Origin: Candidatus Sericytochromatia bacterium
Lineage (GTDB): Bacteria > Cyanobacteriota > Sericytochromatia > S15B-MN24 > UBA4093
Assembly: GCA_036676495.1 (NCBI GenBank)
Contig: JAKFCT010000066.1
Span: 1-64,000, forward strand
Length of the DNA: 64,000 bases
Direction: 5' to 3'
In this document: positions 36,488 to 46,801 of the stretch, in pieces
Position numbering within the stretch: position 1 is the first letter of the stretch
Layout of the letters: each line of letters starts with the position of its first letter
Program-made: the position numbers and the translations under genes
The notes under the pieces: generated by a model
The model's database searches: none
Seen by the model: only the letters and a program-made list of their open reading frames with translations
Told to the model about the DNA's origin: nothing

Positions 36488-37864
36488 ATGACCATCAAAT
36501 TCGAATCTCAAAAGGTCGCCTACTGGTTCTTCCTGTCGGCCATCTTGCTCCTGGCCCTGCAGATCGTCTACGGCTTCATCATGGGCTTCGCCCACATGGG
36601 CTACGACGGCCTGCACAACTTCATCCCCTTCAACACCGCCCGCGCGGTGCACACCAACCTCCTCGTCGTCTGGCTGCTCCTGGGCTTCATGGGAGCCGCT
36701 TACTTCATCATCCCGGAAGAAGCCGATCGAGAGCTCTTCTCGGTCCCGCTGGCCTATATCCAGCTGATTAGCTTCCTGGCCGTCGGCGTGCTCGCCCTCG
36801 CCGGCTACCACATGAACATCTGGGAGGGCCGGAAGTTCCTCGAAATCCCGCGCCCGCTCGACTACCTCGTCGTGGTCAACGTCCTGACCTTCCTCTTCAA
36901 CACCGGGATGACCATCTGGAAGGCCCCCCGCTTCTCCACCACGGGCATCGTGCTCTACGGCGGCCTCTTCTCGGCGGCCCTCCTGTACCTGCCCGGCATG
37001 ATCACCTTCGATCACCAGACCCTCGACTCCTACTTCCGCTGGTGGGTCGTCCACCTCTGGGTGGAAGGCGTCTGGGAACTCATCATGGGCGGCATGCTCG
37101 CCTACCTCTTGATCAAGCTCACGGGCGTCGACCGCGAGGTCATCGAGAAATGGCTCTACGTGATCGTCGGGATCACCTTCCTCTCGGGCATCCTCGGCAC
37201 CGGCCACCACTACTTCTACATCGGTGCTCCCAAGTACTGGCTCATGGTCGGAGGCATCTTCAGCGCCCTCGAACCCCTGGCCTTCCTCGGCATGGCCCTC
37301 TGGGCCCTCGCCATGGCCAAGCGGGGCGGCGCCGATCACCCGAACAAGAGCGCGCTCACCTGGACCCTCGGCTGCGCCATCATGTCCTTCGTCGGCGCCG
37401 GCTTCCTCGGCTTCGCGCACACCCTGCCCCAGGTCAACATCTGGACCCACGGCACGCTCGTCACCGCGATGCACGGACACCTGGCCTTCTGGGGCGCGTA
37501 CGGCATGATCGTCCTCGGCATCATCACCTACGCCATGCCCCTGCTGACCGGCCGCAAGCTCTACACCTCCGCGATGGAGCAGTGGGCGTTCTGGACGGCC
37601 AACATCGGCATGGTCGCGATGACCTCGGCCTTCGCCGTCGCCGGCATCACCCAGGTCTACCTCGAGCGCAAGGCCGGCATGGACTTCCTCATGGTCCAGA
37701 AGGAACTGCACCCGCATTTCCTGGGCTTGGTCCTCGCCGCCTCGCTGTTCACCATCGGTATCGTGGCCTTCATCATCCAGTTCTTCCGCTACGGCTTGCC
37801 CGTGGCCGCGGCCAAGCCGCGCCCCCACGGCAATCTCTCGGGCTCGGAAGCCCTCAACCCGTAA
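36488..37864 (+). CDS. norB: cNOR catalytic subunit
   Basis: RAVHTN, WWVVHLWVEGVWE, GTGHHY, HGHLAFWG. Confidence 0.96.
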   Translation: MTIKFESQKVAYWFFLSAILLLALQIVYGFIMGFAHMGYDGLHNFIPFNTARAVHTNLLVVWLLLGFMGAAYFIIPEEADRELFSVPLAYIQLISFLAVGVLALAGYHMNIWEGRKFLEIPRPLDYLVVVNVLTFLFNTGMTIWKAPRFSTTGIVLYGGLFSAALLYLPGMITFDHQTLDSYFRWWVVHLWVEGVWELIMGGMLAYLLIKLTGVDREVIEKWLYVIVGITFLSGILGTGHHYFYIGAPKYWLMVGGIFSALEPLAFLGMALWALAMAKRGGADHPNKSALTWTLGCAIMSFVGAGFLGFAHTLPQVNIWTHGTLVTAMHGHLAFWGAYGMIVLGIITYAMPLLTGRKLYTSAMEQWAFWTANIGMVAMTSAFAVAGITQVYLERKAGMDFLMVQKELHPHFLGLVLAASLFTIGIVAFIIQFFRYGLPVAAAKPRPHGNLSGSEALNP

Positions 37865-37917
37865 GCCCTCGGGCCGGCTCCCCCGGGAGCCGGCCCGCAT
37901 TCTAAAAGGAGGGGAAG

Positions 37918-38700
37918 ATGCCCGCTCTTGAGACTACTTACTACCGCGAGATCGGCCAGGAGGTCGGCATCTGCGAGATGGCCTGGCGTGAATCCCTGCC
38001 CCTCTTGCTCAAGGGCCCGACCGGCTGCGGCAAGACCCGCTTCGTCGAGTACATGGCCGAGCGGCTCGGACGCCCCCTCATCACCATCGCATGCAACGAG
38101 GACACCACGGCCGCCGACCTGCTGGGCCGCCACCTCATCGTCGGCGGCGATACCGTCTGGATGGACGGTCCTCTCACCCGGGCCGTCCGCGAGGGCGCGA
38201 TCGTCTACCTCGACGAGTTCCTGGAAGCCCGCGCCGATACCCTGGTCGTCATCCACGCGCTGACCGATCACCGCCGCCGCCTCTACCTCGATCGCCTCAA
38301 CGAGGAGCTGGTCGCCCCCGCGGGGTTCATGCTGATCGTTTCCTACAACCCCGGCTACCAGCAGGGCTTCAAGGAGCTGAAGCCCTCCACCCGCCAGCGC
38401 TTCCTGGCCCTCGACTTCACCTACCCCGAGCCCGACGTCGAACGGGAGATCGTCGCCGCCGAGACCGGCATCTCCGACGATCGCGCCCGCCAGCTGGTCA
38501 AGTTCGCCGGCAAGATCCGCAACCTCAAGCACCTCGGTCTCAGCGAGGCGCCCTCCACCCGCCTCTTGGTCGGCGCCGCCAAGCTCATGCAGTCGGGACT
38601 CGCCCCTCGGCTCGCCTGTCAGGTCGCCGTGGTCAACGCCCTGACCGATGACGCCGAGATTGCCGAGAGCCTGCAAGACCTCGCCAACCTCCACTTCTAG
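37918..38700 (+). CDS. norQ: MoxR-type AAA+ ATPase
   Basis: LKGPTGCGKTRF, YLDE, SYNPGYQ, LKPSTRQRF. Confidence 0.95.
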   Translation: MPALETTYYREIGQEVGICEMAWRESLPLLLKGPTGCGKTRFVEYMAERLGRPLITIACNEDTTAADLLGRHLIVGGDTVWMDGPLTRAVREGAIVYLDEFLEARADTLVVIHALTDHRRRLYLDRLNEELVAPAGFMLIVSYNPGYQQGFKELKPSTRQRFLALDFTYPEPDVEREIVAAETGISDDRARQLVKFAGKIRNLKHLGLSEAPSTRLLVGAAKLMQSGLAPRLACQVAVVNALTDDAEIAESLQDLANLHF

Positions 38701-38702
38701 CC

Positions 38703-40520
38703 ATGATCAAGCGACACGCGCCCCGCAACGGCTCGACGCCCCCCAAGAAGCCGCAGTTCGTCCCCGAGGAGGCCGCTGCTGCCGGCTTGGGCAAGATCGT
38801 GGACTTCGACCTGCACTTCCTGATCTGGCAGGGCGTCTCCAAGGCCTACCACTGGATCTCCCGGAATCCCGCCGAGTCCCGGCGCCAGAAGGCCGCCGTG
38901 CCCCTGAGCGAGGGACGCGAGCGCCTGCAAGTTCTTGCTCGCGCCCTCTCGGGCCTGCCCCTGCTCGTTCGGCCGACCACCGGCCTACCGGGAACCGACG
39001 GCCGACACCTGCTCTTGCCTCAGCAAGCCGCCTGGTTCGAGGAGGAAGCCGATAACCGCCGGGTCCTGCTCCTCTTGACCGTCATCCTGGCCGAAGCCGC
39101 GAGGCTGGGCCTGCATGGCGGAAGCGATCGCCTCCCGCCGGGAGATCCCCAGGCCTGGACCGATGCCTTGCTCATGAGCTATCCGGGCCTTCACGCCGAG
39201 CTTCAGCGCCACCGAGAGATCGAGGCAACTCGTCTCGCGGCCAACCCGGAGGAAGTTCCTGCCCTCTCCTTCCGCTTCCTCGAGCGCCACCAAGCACTGC
39301 TGGCCCCCGGTGACGCCGCCTCCTCCACCCCGGAAGCCATTGACGGCAGCGAGGCCGAGGCCCCGGTCCAGGAATCCGTCACCCGCACCTCCGTCAACAA
39401 GGAGGAGCAAGAAGCCAATACCCTCATGCATAACTTCGAGAAGGTCGAGACCCTCGACGAGTACCGCGGCTTGGCGCGCGACTTCGACGGCTCGGATCAG
39501 CTCGACGACCAGCTCGAAGCCATGCAGGAGCTGAAGATGACCGAGGTCATCCGGGTCGACGAGACCGTGCACTCGGTCTACAAGGCCGAGCTGCTCATGA
39601 CCGAGGGGATCGGAGACCTGGACGGCCCCGGTACGGGCGGAATTCCCTACGACGAATGGGATCCCAAGAAGAAGGCCTATCGCAAGGACTGGTGCCGGGT
39701 CTTCCCCGGCAAGGCGGACGCGCGCGATCCGGAATGGGCGACCGAACGCCTCCCCGAACTCGCCGAGACCATCCGCCACTTGAGGAAGACCCTCGAGAAA
39801 GTGATCTCTGCGACCGAGCAGGTGCGCCGCCAGAAGGACGGCGCCGACCTCGACCTCGATGCGGCCATCGAAAACCGGGTCCGGCTCCACCTCAAGGAGA
39901 CGCCGCTGGAGCACGTCTACCTCGACCGCAAGCGCCGCCGGCGCGACCTCGCCGTTCTGGTGCTGGTGGATCTCAGCCTCTCCACGGATGCCCTGGTCGA
40001 GGGCAAGCGCGTCCTCGACGTCTCCCGGGACTCCCTGCTGGTCATGGCCGAGGTCTTCTCCCATTACGGGGATCAGGTGGAGGTGGCGGGCTTCTTCAGC
40101 CATACCCGCAACCAGGTCTTCTACCAGACCCTCAAGCGCTTCAACGAGCCTTGGACGCACCTCAAGGCCGCCATCGGGGGTCTCGAGCCGCGGGGTTACA
40201 CCCGCATCGGCCCCGCGTTGCGGCATGCCACGCGCCAGTTGCTACAGACCAAGGCCAAGCACCGGGTCCTGCTCGTCCTCAGTGACGGCAAACCCAGTGA
40301 CTATGACCGCTACGAGGGACGTTACGGGATCGGGGACATCCGGCAGGCCATTCGCGAAGCCGAGAGCCAGGGCGTTCACCTACACGCCCTGGCCATCGAC
40401 AAGCAAGCCCGCGACTACCTGCCTCAGATGCTGGGCAGCCAGCGCTTCGCCATCCTGAAGCATCCCGGCGACCTGCCCGAGGCGCTCGGCAAGTTCTTCA
40501 TGACGCTGATGAGGCGCTGA
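38703..40520 (+). CDS. norD: VWA-domain NOR activation protein
   Basis: YDEWD, DLSLST MIDAS, YTRIGPALRH, SDGKP.D.DRYEGRYG. Confidence 0.93.
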   Translation: MIKRHAPRNGSTPPKKPQFVPEEAAAAGLGKIVDFDLHFLIWQGVSKAYHWISRNPAESRRQKAAVPLSEGRERLQVLARALSGLPLLVRPTTGLPGTDGRHLLLPQQAAWFEEEADNRRVLLLLTVILAEAARLGLHGGSDRLPPGDPQAWTDALLMSYPGLHAELQRHREIEATRLAANPEEVPALSFRFLERHQALLAPGDAASSTPEAIDGSEAEAPVQESVTRTSVNKEEQEANTLMHNFEKVETLDEYRGLARDFDGSDQLDDQLEAMQELKMTEVIRVDETVHSVYKAELLMTEGIGDLDGPGTGGIPYDEWDPKKKAYRKDWCRVFPGKADARDPEWATERLPELAETIRHLRKTLEKVISATEQVRRQKDGADLDLDAAIENRVRLHLKETPLEHVYLDRKRRRRDLAVLVLVDLSLSTDALVEGKRVLDVSRDSLLVMAEVFSHYGDQVEVAGFFSHTRNQVFYQTLKRFNEPWTHLKAAIGGLEPRGYTRIGPALRHATRQLLQTKAKHRVLLVLSDGKPSDYDRYEGRYGIGDIRQAIREAESQGVHLHALAIDKQARDYLPQMLGSQRFAILKHPGDLPEALGKFFMTLMRR

Positions 40521-40528
40521 GGCATTCC

Positions 40529-41569
40529 TTATAGATGGGAGAGTCCCTGCTCGCGCCAGAGGGCCAGCTTGCGCAGGGGCTCTCTCGAGCCGAGGACGTC
40601 CCGCACCAGGACGAGGCTCTCGCAGAGTGCGTTCCCCGTCAGCAGCCGCATGAGCAGGGCGGCGTCGAGCAGGACGCGATCCCGGTCGGGGCCGCGCTCT
40701 CCTTGCAGGACCGCCATGGTCCTCTGGGCCTGATCGGCGGCTTTCAGCTCTGCCACTTCCGCCGCAGGGGGCTCGAAGCCCAGGGCCGAGGGCTCCAGGG
40801 ATTCTGTGCGGATCTCCTGGCCGTCCAGCCAGCTCAGGTGGCTGCGGCGCCCCAGGTGCGCCTCGCACGACCCTTCCATTCCCTGGATCACGAGCCCCTT
40901 TCGATAGCCCAAGGCGCGCTGCAACTGGGAGACGGGCTCCATGACGTTGCCGTGGAAGACGCCGGTGAGGGCGGCCTGGGAGCCGGTCACGTCGATGAGC
41001 TTCTCGACCGTGTTGAGCATGGTGCGCAGGCCGATTTGCTCGCGGATGGGGCGAAGGCGGGCGAGCGGGGGGCAGAGATCCTCGAGGTGCAGGTAGGCGA
41101 TCCCGAGGGCGTCGAGGGAGGCTTCGGCATGGCGGGCGGCGGCGGCCGCGTCGGGAAGGTGCCGGCTCGACAGGCCGAGGGCCAGGAGCATGTCGCGCAT
41201 GGTGACGCCGTGCTTGGGAGGCAGGGTGTCGGTGCCGCTCAGGGCCACGCGCTCGCCCGAGGAGGCCAGGATCAAGGCCACGGCGATGCCGGTGGCGAAG
41301 CTGGACTTGCGGCCGTCGAAGGGGCCGCCGATCTCCAGGCTCACCGGTCGAGCGGGACGGACCGGCTGGGAGGCGTCGCGCAGGGCCTGGGTCATGGCCA
41401 GGAACTCGTCGGGGCTTTCCCCCTTGATGCGCTGCGCCATCAAGAAGGCGGCGATTTGCACGTCCGAGGCCTCGCCGCTCACGATCATGCGAGCGGCTTC
41501 TCGGGCTTCGAGCGGATCGAGATCGCGGGCGTTCTTCTTCTTGCCGATGGGCTTAAGAAGTTCGAGCAT
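40529..41569 (-). CDS. Anthranilate phosphoribosyltransferase-like protein (YbiB/TrpD2)
   Basis: QIAAFLMAQRIKGES, LRPIREQIGLRT, GVFH, GMEGS. Confidence 0.82.
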   Translation of the reverse strand: MLELLKPIGKKKNARDLDPLEAREAARMIVSGEASDVQIAAFLMAQRIKGESPDEFLAMTQALRDASQPVRPARPVSLEIGGPFDGRKSSFATGIAVALILASSGERVALSGTDTLPPKHGVTMRDMLLALGLSSRHLPDAAAAARHAEASLDALGIAYLHLEDLCPPLARLRPIREQIGLRTMLNTVEKLIDVTGSQAALTGVFHGNVMEPVSQLQRALGYRKGLVIQGMEGSCEAHLGRRSHLSWLDGQEIRTESLEPSALGFEPPAAEVAELKAADQAQRTMAVLQGERGPDRDRVLLDAALLMRLLTGNALCESLVLVRDVLGSREPLRKLALWREQGLSHL

Positions 41570-42185
41570 GCGTTTCCACGTCCTTCAGGATGGCCTCGGA
41601 TTCCGCGTCCCAGGCCTCGATCTTGCCTTCCCGGAAGTACGGTAGGAAGTCCCGGCTCAGGAGCGCCTTGAAGGCCTTGGTGCGTTCGGGGAGGGCCCAG
41701 CCTCTCAGGCGGGTGCGCCGGAGTTTCGAGAACCAGTCGAGGGCATGGCCGTAGGTGTCGTCGAGGAGCTCGGCGAGGCGATCGCGGACCCAGACGGAGT
41801 ACGCGGGGCCCTTTCCGGCGCTGGAGACGGCGATTTCGAGGTCGCCGCGGCGCAGGATGGCGGGCATGTAGAAGTCCGCTCCCTCCAGGTCGTCGACCGC
41901 CGCGGCCAGGAGGCCGCGCGCCACGGCCTCGATGTAGAGCTGGCGGTTGAGCTCCTTGTCGGCGGTGCCGAAGATGGCCAGCCGCATCCCCACGAGGTCG
42001 GAAAGCTCCACCTCGCGGCGGACGATGGTCGCGCCCTCCAGGTCCTCGGGGGCGTCGGGAGCGACGATGGTGACGGAGGCTCCGGCCTCGATGAGGCGCT
42101 TGGCCTTGGGGAGGGCGATCGCCCCGGCCCCGACGACCAGGCACGGCCAGCCCTCGACGCGCATGTTGATGGTGAAAAGGCTCAT
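41553..42185 (-). CDS. Precorrin-2 dehydrogenase / sirohydrochlorin ferrochelatase (SirC/Met8-like)
   Basis: LVVGAGAIA, DFYMPA, IAVSSAGKGP. Confidence 0.9.
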   Translation of the reverse strand: MSLFTINMRVEGWPCLVVGAGAIALPKAKRLIEAGASVTIVAPDAPEDLEGATIVRREVELSDLVGMRLAIFGTADKELNRQLYIEAVARGLLAAAVDDLEGADFYMPAILRRGDLEIAVSSAGKGPAYSVWVRDRLAELLDDTYGHALDWFSKLRRTRLRGWALPERTKAFKALLSRDFLPYFREGKIEAWDAESEAILKDVETHARTS

Positions 42186-42206
42186 GGTCTCTCCTTTGAG
42201 CGGGCG

Positions 42207-43787
42207 CTAGTGGCTGGTGCCGGCCGAGCGGGTGGTCTTGTTGAAGACGTTGTACTTGCCGGAGGGTTTCTTCATGGGCAGGCGCTTCACTTCCGTGAGG
42301 GTTTGCGCGTCGTAGATGACGAGCGCTCCGTCCTGCTCCCAGATGCTGACCAGGGCGTGGCGGCCGTCTCCGGTGAACTCGACGTGGCTGGCGGTCTTGC
42401 CGGGCATGGGCGTCAGGCGCGCCTTCACCTCGAGCTTCTGCTTGTCGATCACGACCATGGTGTCCTTGTTGGGGCCGTTCATGCCGTCCACCCAGGCGTA
42501 GGGCGTGTTCTCGTGGCTGCGCATGAAGAAGCCGGGCCCGAGGGTGGGGATCTCCTTGATCGTCTTCCATGTCTTCATGTCGATGATGCTGACGACCCAG
42601 TCCTTGAGGTTGGGAGAGGCCATGACGGGCCGGCCGTCGAGCTCCCAGGTGATCCCCGAGCCCAGGTGCGGCATGCCGGGGAGGGCGATGTTGGCGACCT
42701 TCTTGCCGGAGTCGAGGTCGATGACCTGGCCCTGGTGGCCCTGGCGCGAGGCGCCGATCAGGTGCTTGTAGGGCTGGTCGAAGAAGAAATCATCGAGGAA
42801 GTCCTCGACCGGGATCGTGCGGGGCCGGAAGGTCTGCGCGCCCACCAGCATCTCTCCGGAGTTGGGGCCGAAGTCATGCACCCATGACTTCTTCTTGACG
42901 GGGAGGGCGTAGGGGATTTCCCAGACCTCGGCGCTGTCCTTGAGAGCCACGATGAAGCTCTTGCGGGGGGCGGCCTGGTAGACGGCGCTCACCCGGGAGG
43001 ACTTGCCGTTCTGGGTGACGACGGGGATGACCTTCATCAGGGAGAGGTCCTCGGCGTCGAGCACGACCAGGGTATGGGGCAGGTAGTTGCCGACGAGGAC
43101 GTACTTGCCGTCGTCGGAGACGGCGAGGTTGCGGGTGTTGATGCCGGCCCGGATCTCGTGGGTGGTCTTCATGTTGTAGATGTCGTACTTGCTGATCCAG
43201 CCGTCGCGGGAGGCGAAGTAGACGAAGCGGCCGTCCGGCGAGAACTTGGGACCGCCGTGCAGGGCAAAGCGGGTCTGGAAGCGGTCGATGGGCTCGAAGC
43301 GATCGCCATCCAGCAGCGTGGCATGGTGGTCGCCCAGTTCGACGACGATGAAGAGGTTCTGGGGATCGGCCTTGAACGCCGGTTTGGCGGGCAGGGGATC
43401 GGGGAAGTGGACGAGGCGGGACGCGCGGATCTCGGCGTAGGACCAGGCGGGGACGGCCTCGGGCGGGGTGTAGACGTAATCGGCCAGGGCCCGGATCTCC
43501 GCCTCGGAGAGCGTGTCCGCGAAGCCGGGCATCTGGGTGGCAGGGCGGCCTTGTCCGATAACCTTGAGGGCCTCGGGACGGCGCACGCGCTCGAGGTTCT
43601 CGGGCAGAAGGGCAGGGCCCATGCCTCCGAGCCGGTCGGGGCCATGGCAGGAGGCGCAGTTCTGCTGGTACAGGGCCTTGGCATCCGGCGCCTTGGCCTT
43701 AGCAGCCTGGGTCGCGGGCTGGGCGACCGCGGCGGCGGCGAGGACGGCGAGGCCGATCGTGGCGGTGAGCAGGGCTTTCATGGGCAC
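42207..43787 (-). CDS. nirN: Dihydro-heme d1 dehydrogenase
   Basis: CASCHG + d1 propeller, LHGGPKFS, MPHLGSGI, KPSGKYNV. Confidence 0.93.
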   Translation of the reverse strand: MPMKALLTATIGLAVLAAAAVAQPATQAAKAKAPDAKALYQQNCASCHGPDRLGGMGPALLPENLERVRRPEALKVIGQGRPATQMPGFADTLSEAEIRALADYVYTPPEAVPAWSYAEIRASRLVHFPDPLPAKPAFKADPQNLFIVVELGDHHATLLDGDRFEPIDRFQTRFALHGGPKFSPDGRFVYFASRDGWISKYDIYNMKTTHEIRAGINTRNLAVSDDGKYVLVGNYLPHTLVVLDAEDLSLMKVIPVVTQNGKSSRVSAVYQAAPRKSFIVALKDSAEVWEIPYALPVKKKSWVHDFGPNSGEMLVGAQTFRPRTIPVEDFLDDFFFDQPYKHLIGASRQGHQGQVIDLDSGKKVANIALPGMPHLGSGITWELDGRPVMASPNLKDWVVSIIDMKTWKTIKEIPTLGPGFFMRSHENTPYAWVDGMNGPNKDTMVVIDKQKLEVKARLTPMPGKTASHVEFTGDGRHALVSIWEQDGALVIYDAQTLTEVKRLPMKKPSGKYNVFNKTTRSAGTSH

Positions 43788-43790
43788 CTC

Positions 43791-44951
43791 CTAGCGCAAG
43801 GCCGGCTCGGCGAGGCCGATCTCACCGTCGGTCAGGTAGCAGCCGGGGTCTTCGGCCCAGACGTCGCCGGTCAGCTGCAGGGCGCGAACGCGGGTGTTGC
43901 CGCCGCAGACGCCGAAGTAGGCGCAGCCGCCGCAGCGTCCGGTGACCGGGCGCGGCAAGGACTTGAGCCCGGCCATCAGCGGGTTGGAGACGTCCTGCCA
44001 GATCTCCGAGAAGGGGCGTTCGCGGACGTTGCCCAGGGTGGTCTCCCACCACATGGTGTCGGGGTGGACGTTTCCGAGGTTGTCGATGTTGGCGATGTTG
44101 ATGCCCGTGGAGTTGCCACCCCACTGGGCGAGCTTCAGGCGGAGGTGGTCGACGCGCTCGGCGGGGAAGCGCTTGGCCGCCCAGTGGAGCAGGTAGACGG
44201 CGTCGGCGTCGTTGTTGCCGGTGACGAACTCCTTGGTCTGGCCTTCCTGGACGTGCCGCCAGCAGGTCTCGAACATGAGGTCCATGGCCTGGCGGGTGGT
44301 GGCGAAGAAGGCGTCTTCCTTGCGGTTGACGTTGCCGCGGCCGGCGTAGTTGAGGTGCGAGAGGTAGAACTTGTCGATGTTCTCCTGCTCCATCAGGTCC
44401 AGCAGGCCGGGAAGGTCATGGGCGTTGCCCTGGGTGAGGGTGAAGCGCACTCCGACCCGGATGCCGCGCTCCTGGCAGAGGCGGATGCCGTTGAGGGAGG
44501 CTTCGAAGGCCCCTTCCTTGCGCCGGAAGTGGTCGTGGGTCTCGCGGATGCCGTCCAGGCTGATGCCTACGTAGTTGTACTGGGCCTGGGCGATCGCCTC
44601 GATGTTGCTGGCGTCGATGATCGTCCCGTTGGTGGAGAGGGCGACGTAGAAGCCCATCTCCTTGGCGCGCTGGCTGATCTCGAAGATATCGGGCCGCAGG
44701 AGCGGCTCACCCCCCGAGAGGATCAGGATGGGCACCCCGAAGGAGCGCAGGTCGTCCATGGTGCTGAAGATCTCGGCGGTGGAGAGCTCTCCCGGGAACT
44801 CGCGGTTGGACGAGATGGCGTAGCAGTGCTTGCACGCGAGGTTGCAGCGGCGGGTGAGGTTCCAGATCACCACGGGGCCCGCAGGGTTGCGCTTCGGCTT
44901 GAGGGGAGTGGGTTGATGCAGTTCTTGCATGTACTGTGAAATGCGGAACAT
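43791..44951 (-). CDS. nirJ: Heme d1 biosynthesis radical SAM enzyme
   Basis: MFRISQY start, CNLACKHC, SPASM CGGC..CGG..DPGCY. Confidence 0.95.
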   Translation of the reverse strand: MFRISQYMQELHQPTPLKPKRNPAGPVVIWNLTRRCNLACKHCYAISSNREFPGELSTAEIFSTMDDLRSFGVPILILSGGEPLLRPDIFEISQRAKEMGFYVALSTNGTIIDASNIEAIAQAQYNYVGISLDGIRETHDHFRRKEGAFEASLNGIRLCQERGIRVGVRFTLTQGNAHDLPGLLDLMEQENIDKFYLSHLNYAGRGNVNRKEDAFFATTRQAMDLMFETCWRHVQEGQTKEFVTGNNDADAVYLLHWAAKRFPAERVDHLRLKLAQWGGNSTGINIANIDNLGNVHPDTMWWETTLGNVRERPFSEIWQDVSNPLMAGLKSLPRPVTGRCGGCAYFGVCGGNTRVRALQLTGDVWAEDPGCYLTDGEIGLAEPALR

Positions 44952-44961
44952 GGCTATCCTT

Positions 44962-45438
44962 TCACGCGTTGAGCCGAAGGCCGGTTTTTTTGAGGATCCG
45001 CTTGCTGAAGAGCACGTCGTGGCCCTGGTTGGCCTCTCCGAGCAACTCCGCGACGACGTCCACCTGGCGCATGACCTCGTCGCGGTCGTGGCCGTGCAGC
45101 ATGGCGAAGAGGTTGTAGGGCCAGTCGGGGAGGTGGCGGGGACGGCGATAGCAGTGGCTGACGAAGTCGAGCTTGCCGACGCGTTCACCGAGGGCGTCGA
45201 CCATGTCGTCGGGGACGTTCCAGACGGACATGCCGTTGGCCTTGTAGCCGAGGGCGTAGTGGTTGGGCACGGCACCGATCCGGCGGATCTTGCCGCTGGC
45301 GAGCATGCGCTCCATGCGGGCAATCACCTCGGCGGGGTCGAGGCCGAGGTCGTCGGCGATCGCCCGGTACGGCTCGGCGACCAGCGGAAGGCCTGCCTGC
45401 GTGGCCAGGATGATCTGGCGGTCGATGGCGTCGATCAT
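44962..45438 (-). CDS. nirH: Siroheme decarboxylase subunit
   Basis: VSHCYRRP...WPYNLFAMLH, ILKKTG. Confidence 0.88.
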   Translation of the reverse strand: MIDAIDRQIILATQAGLPLVAEPYRAIADDLGLDPAEVIARMERMLASGKIRRIGAVPNHYALGYKANGMSVWNVPDDMVDALGERVGKLDFVSHCYRRPRHLPDWPYNLFAMLHGHDRDEVMRQVDVVAELLGEANQGHDVLFSKRILKKTGLRLNA

Positions 45439-45878
45439 GCGCGCAGCCTCAGCTCGACGAAGAACTCCCGCTCCTTGGGCATGGGGAAGACCGGATAGCC
45501 GGTTTCGGCCTCGATCCGGGCGAAGACCGCGGGGGTGTCCTCGGCCTTCTCGGTGGCGAGCACGAACCACATGTTGAGGGCGTGCTCACGTTCATAGTTA
45601 TGGGCCACCTCCGGGAAGGCGTTGACGATTTCGGCCACGCGCTCGAAGTCCTCCTCGGGAAGTTGCATGGCGGCGAGGGTGAAGCGCCCTCCCATGCGGT
45701 CGACGTGATAGAGGGGGCCGAAGCGGGTCAGGAGGCCTTCCTCGCGCATGCGGGCGATCCGGGCGATCAGCTCCTCCTCGGGGAGGCCCAGGAGGTCGGC
45801 CATGACCTGGAAGGGGCGATCGCAGAGCGGGAACTCGCCCTGCATGGAGTTGATGATCCGGCGGTCGACGGCGTCCAT
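45435..45878 (-). CDS. nirG: Siroheme decarboxylase subunit
   Basis: VAHNYEREHALNMWFV; gene order. Confidence 0.88.
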   Translation of the reverse strand: MDAVDRRIINSMQGEFPLCDRPFQVMADLLGLPEEELIARIARMREEGLLTRFGPLYHVDRMGGRFTLAAMQLPEEDFERVAEIVNAFPEVAHNYEREHALNMWFVLATEKAEDTPAVFARIEAETGYPVFPMPKEREFFVELRLRA

Positions 45879-46363
45879 CAGACCTCCTCGACGTAGCGCG
45901 CGCCGCGCTGCTTGAAGCGGCGCCCGCTGAAGAGGATGGCGCAGGGCACGTCGTCCAGCCCGTGCAGGCTGCGGATCTTGTCGATCTGCGCGAGCACGGT
46001 CTCCCGGTCCTGGCCGTGGATCATGCAGAACAGGTTGTAGGGCCATTTCGGAAGGATCCGGGGGCGGCGGTAGCAGAGGCTGACGATCTTGGTCTTGGCG
46101 ATGGCCTTGCCAACCTCGGAGACGCGCTCGTCGGGGACATCCCAGACCACCATGGCGTTGGACTGGAAGCCGAGCTCGTGGTGGCGGACGACGATGCCCC
46201 AGCGCTTGATGCTTCCCGCCTTGATCAGCTTGGCGAGGCGGGCGAGGACCCATTCCTCGGTTTCGCCGATTTCCTCGGCGATCGCCCGGTAGGGTTCGGC
46301 CACGAGCGGGAGTCCTCCCTGGATGGCGGCGATTAGGCGCCGCTCCCGTTGCGTCAGCGCCAT
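45878..46363 (-). CDS. nirL: Siroheme decarboxylase subunit
   Basis: LCYRRP...WPYNLFCMIHG, RRFKQRGARY. Confidence 0.88.
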   Translation of the reverse strand: MALTQRERRLIAAIQGGLPLVAEPYRAIAEEIGETEEWVLARLAKLIKAGSIKRWGIVVRHHELGFQSNAMVVWDVPDERVSEVGKAIAKTKIVSLCYRRPRILPKWPYNLFCMIHGQDRETVLAQIDKIRSLHGLDDVPCAILFSGRRFKQRGARYVEEV

Positions 46364-46800
46364 AGTCCGAACCCCAGGTCGATGTGAAACTCCTCCAGGA
46401 GTGGGAGCGAGAGCACCTTGCAGCCCGTCTCCGCCTCGATTTCGCGGAGCATCTCGTCCCGGCGCTCCGCGTCGGGGGCGGTCACGACGAACCAGAGGTT
46501 GAGGGCGTGCTCGCGTTCATAGTTATGGTTCACTCCGGGGTGCCGGTTGATGATCTCGGCCACCTCCTCCAGGCGCTCGGGAGAGACCGAGAGGGCGGCG
46601 AGCGTGCTCGCCCCCAGGCGGTTGGGGCGGAAGACCGGCCCGATGCGGCTGATGGTCCCCTCGTCGCGCAGGGCCTCGAGCATGGCGATCACGGCATCCT
46701 CGGAGGCGCCGATCTTCTCGGCGATGGCGGCGTAGGGGCGAGAGACCAGCGGGAAGTCCCGCTGGAAATCATTTAGAAGGCGTTTGGCAAGGCGATCCAT
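46354..46800 (-). CDS. nirD: Siroheme decarboxylase subunit
   Basis: LLNDFQRDFPL, VNHNYERE, FHIDLGF. Confidence 0.88.
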   Translation of the reverse strand: MDRLAKRLLNDFQRDFPLVSRPYAAIAEKIGASEDAVIAMLEALRDEGTISRIGPVFRPNRLGASTLAALSVSPERLEEVAEIINRHPGVNHNYEREHALNLWFVVTAPDAERRDEMLREIEAETGCKVLSLPLLEEFHIDLGFGLWR

Positions 46801-46801
46801 G

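Noticed and set aside
44962-46800. Four Lrp/AsnC-like regulators
   Set aside because: They are NirDLGH siroheme decarboxylase subunits by motif and position
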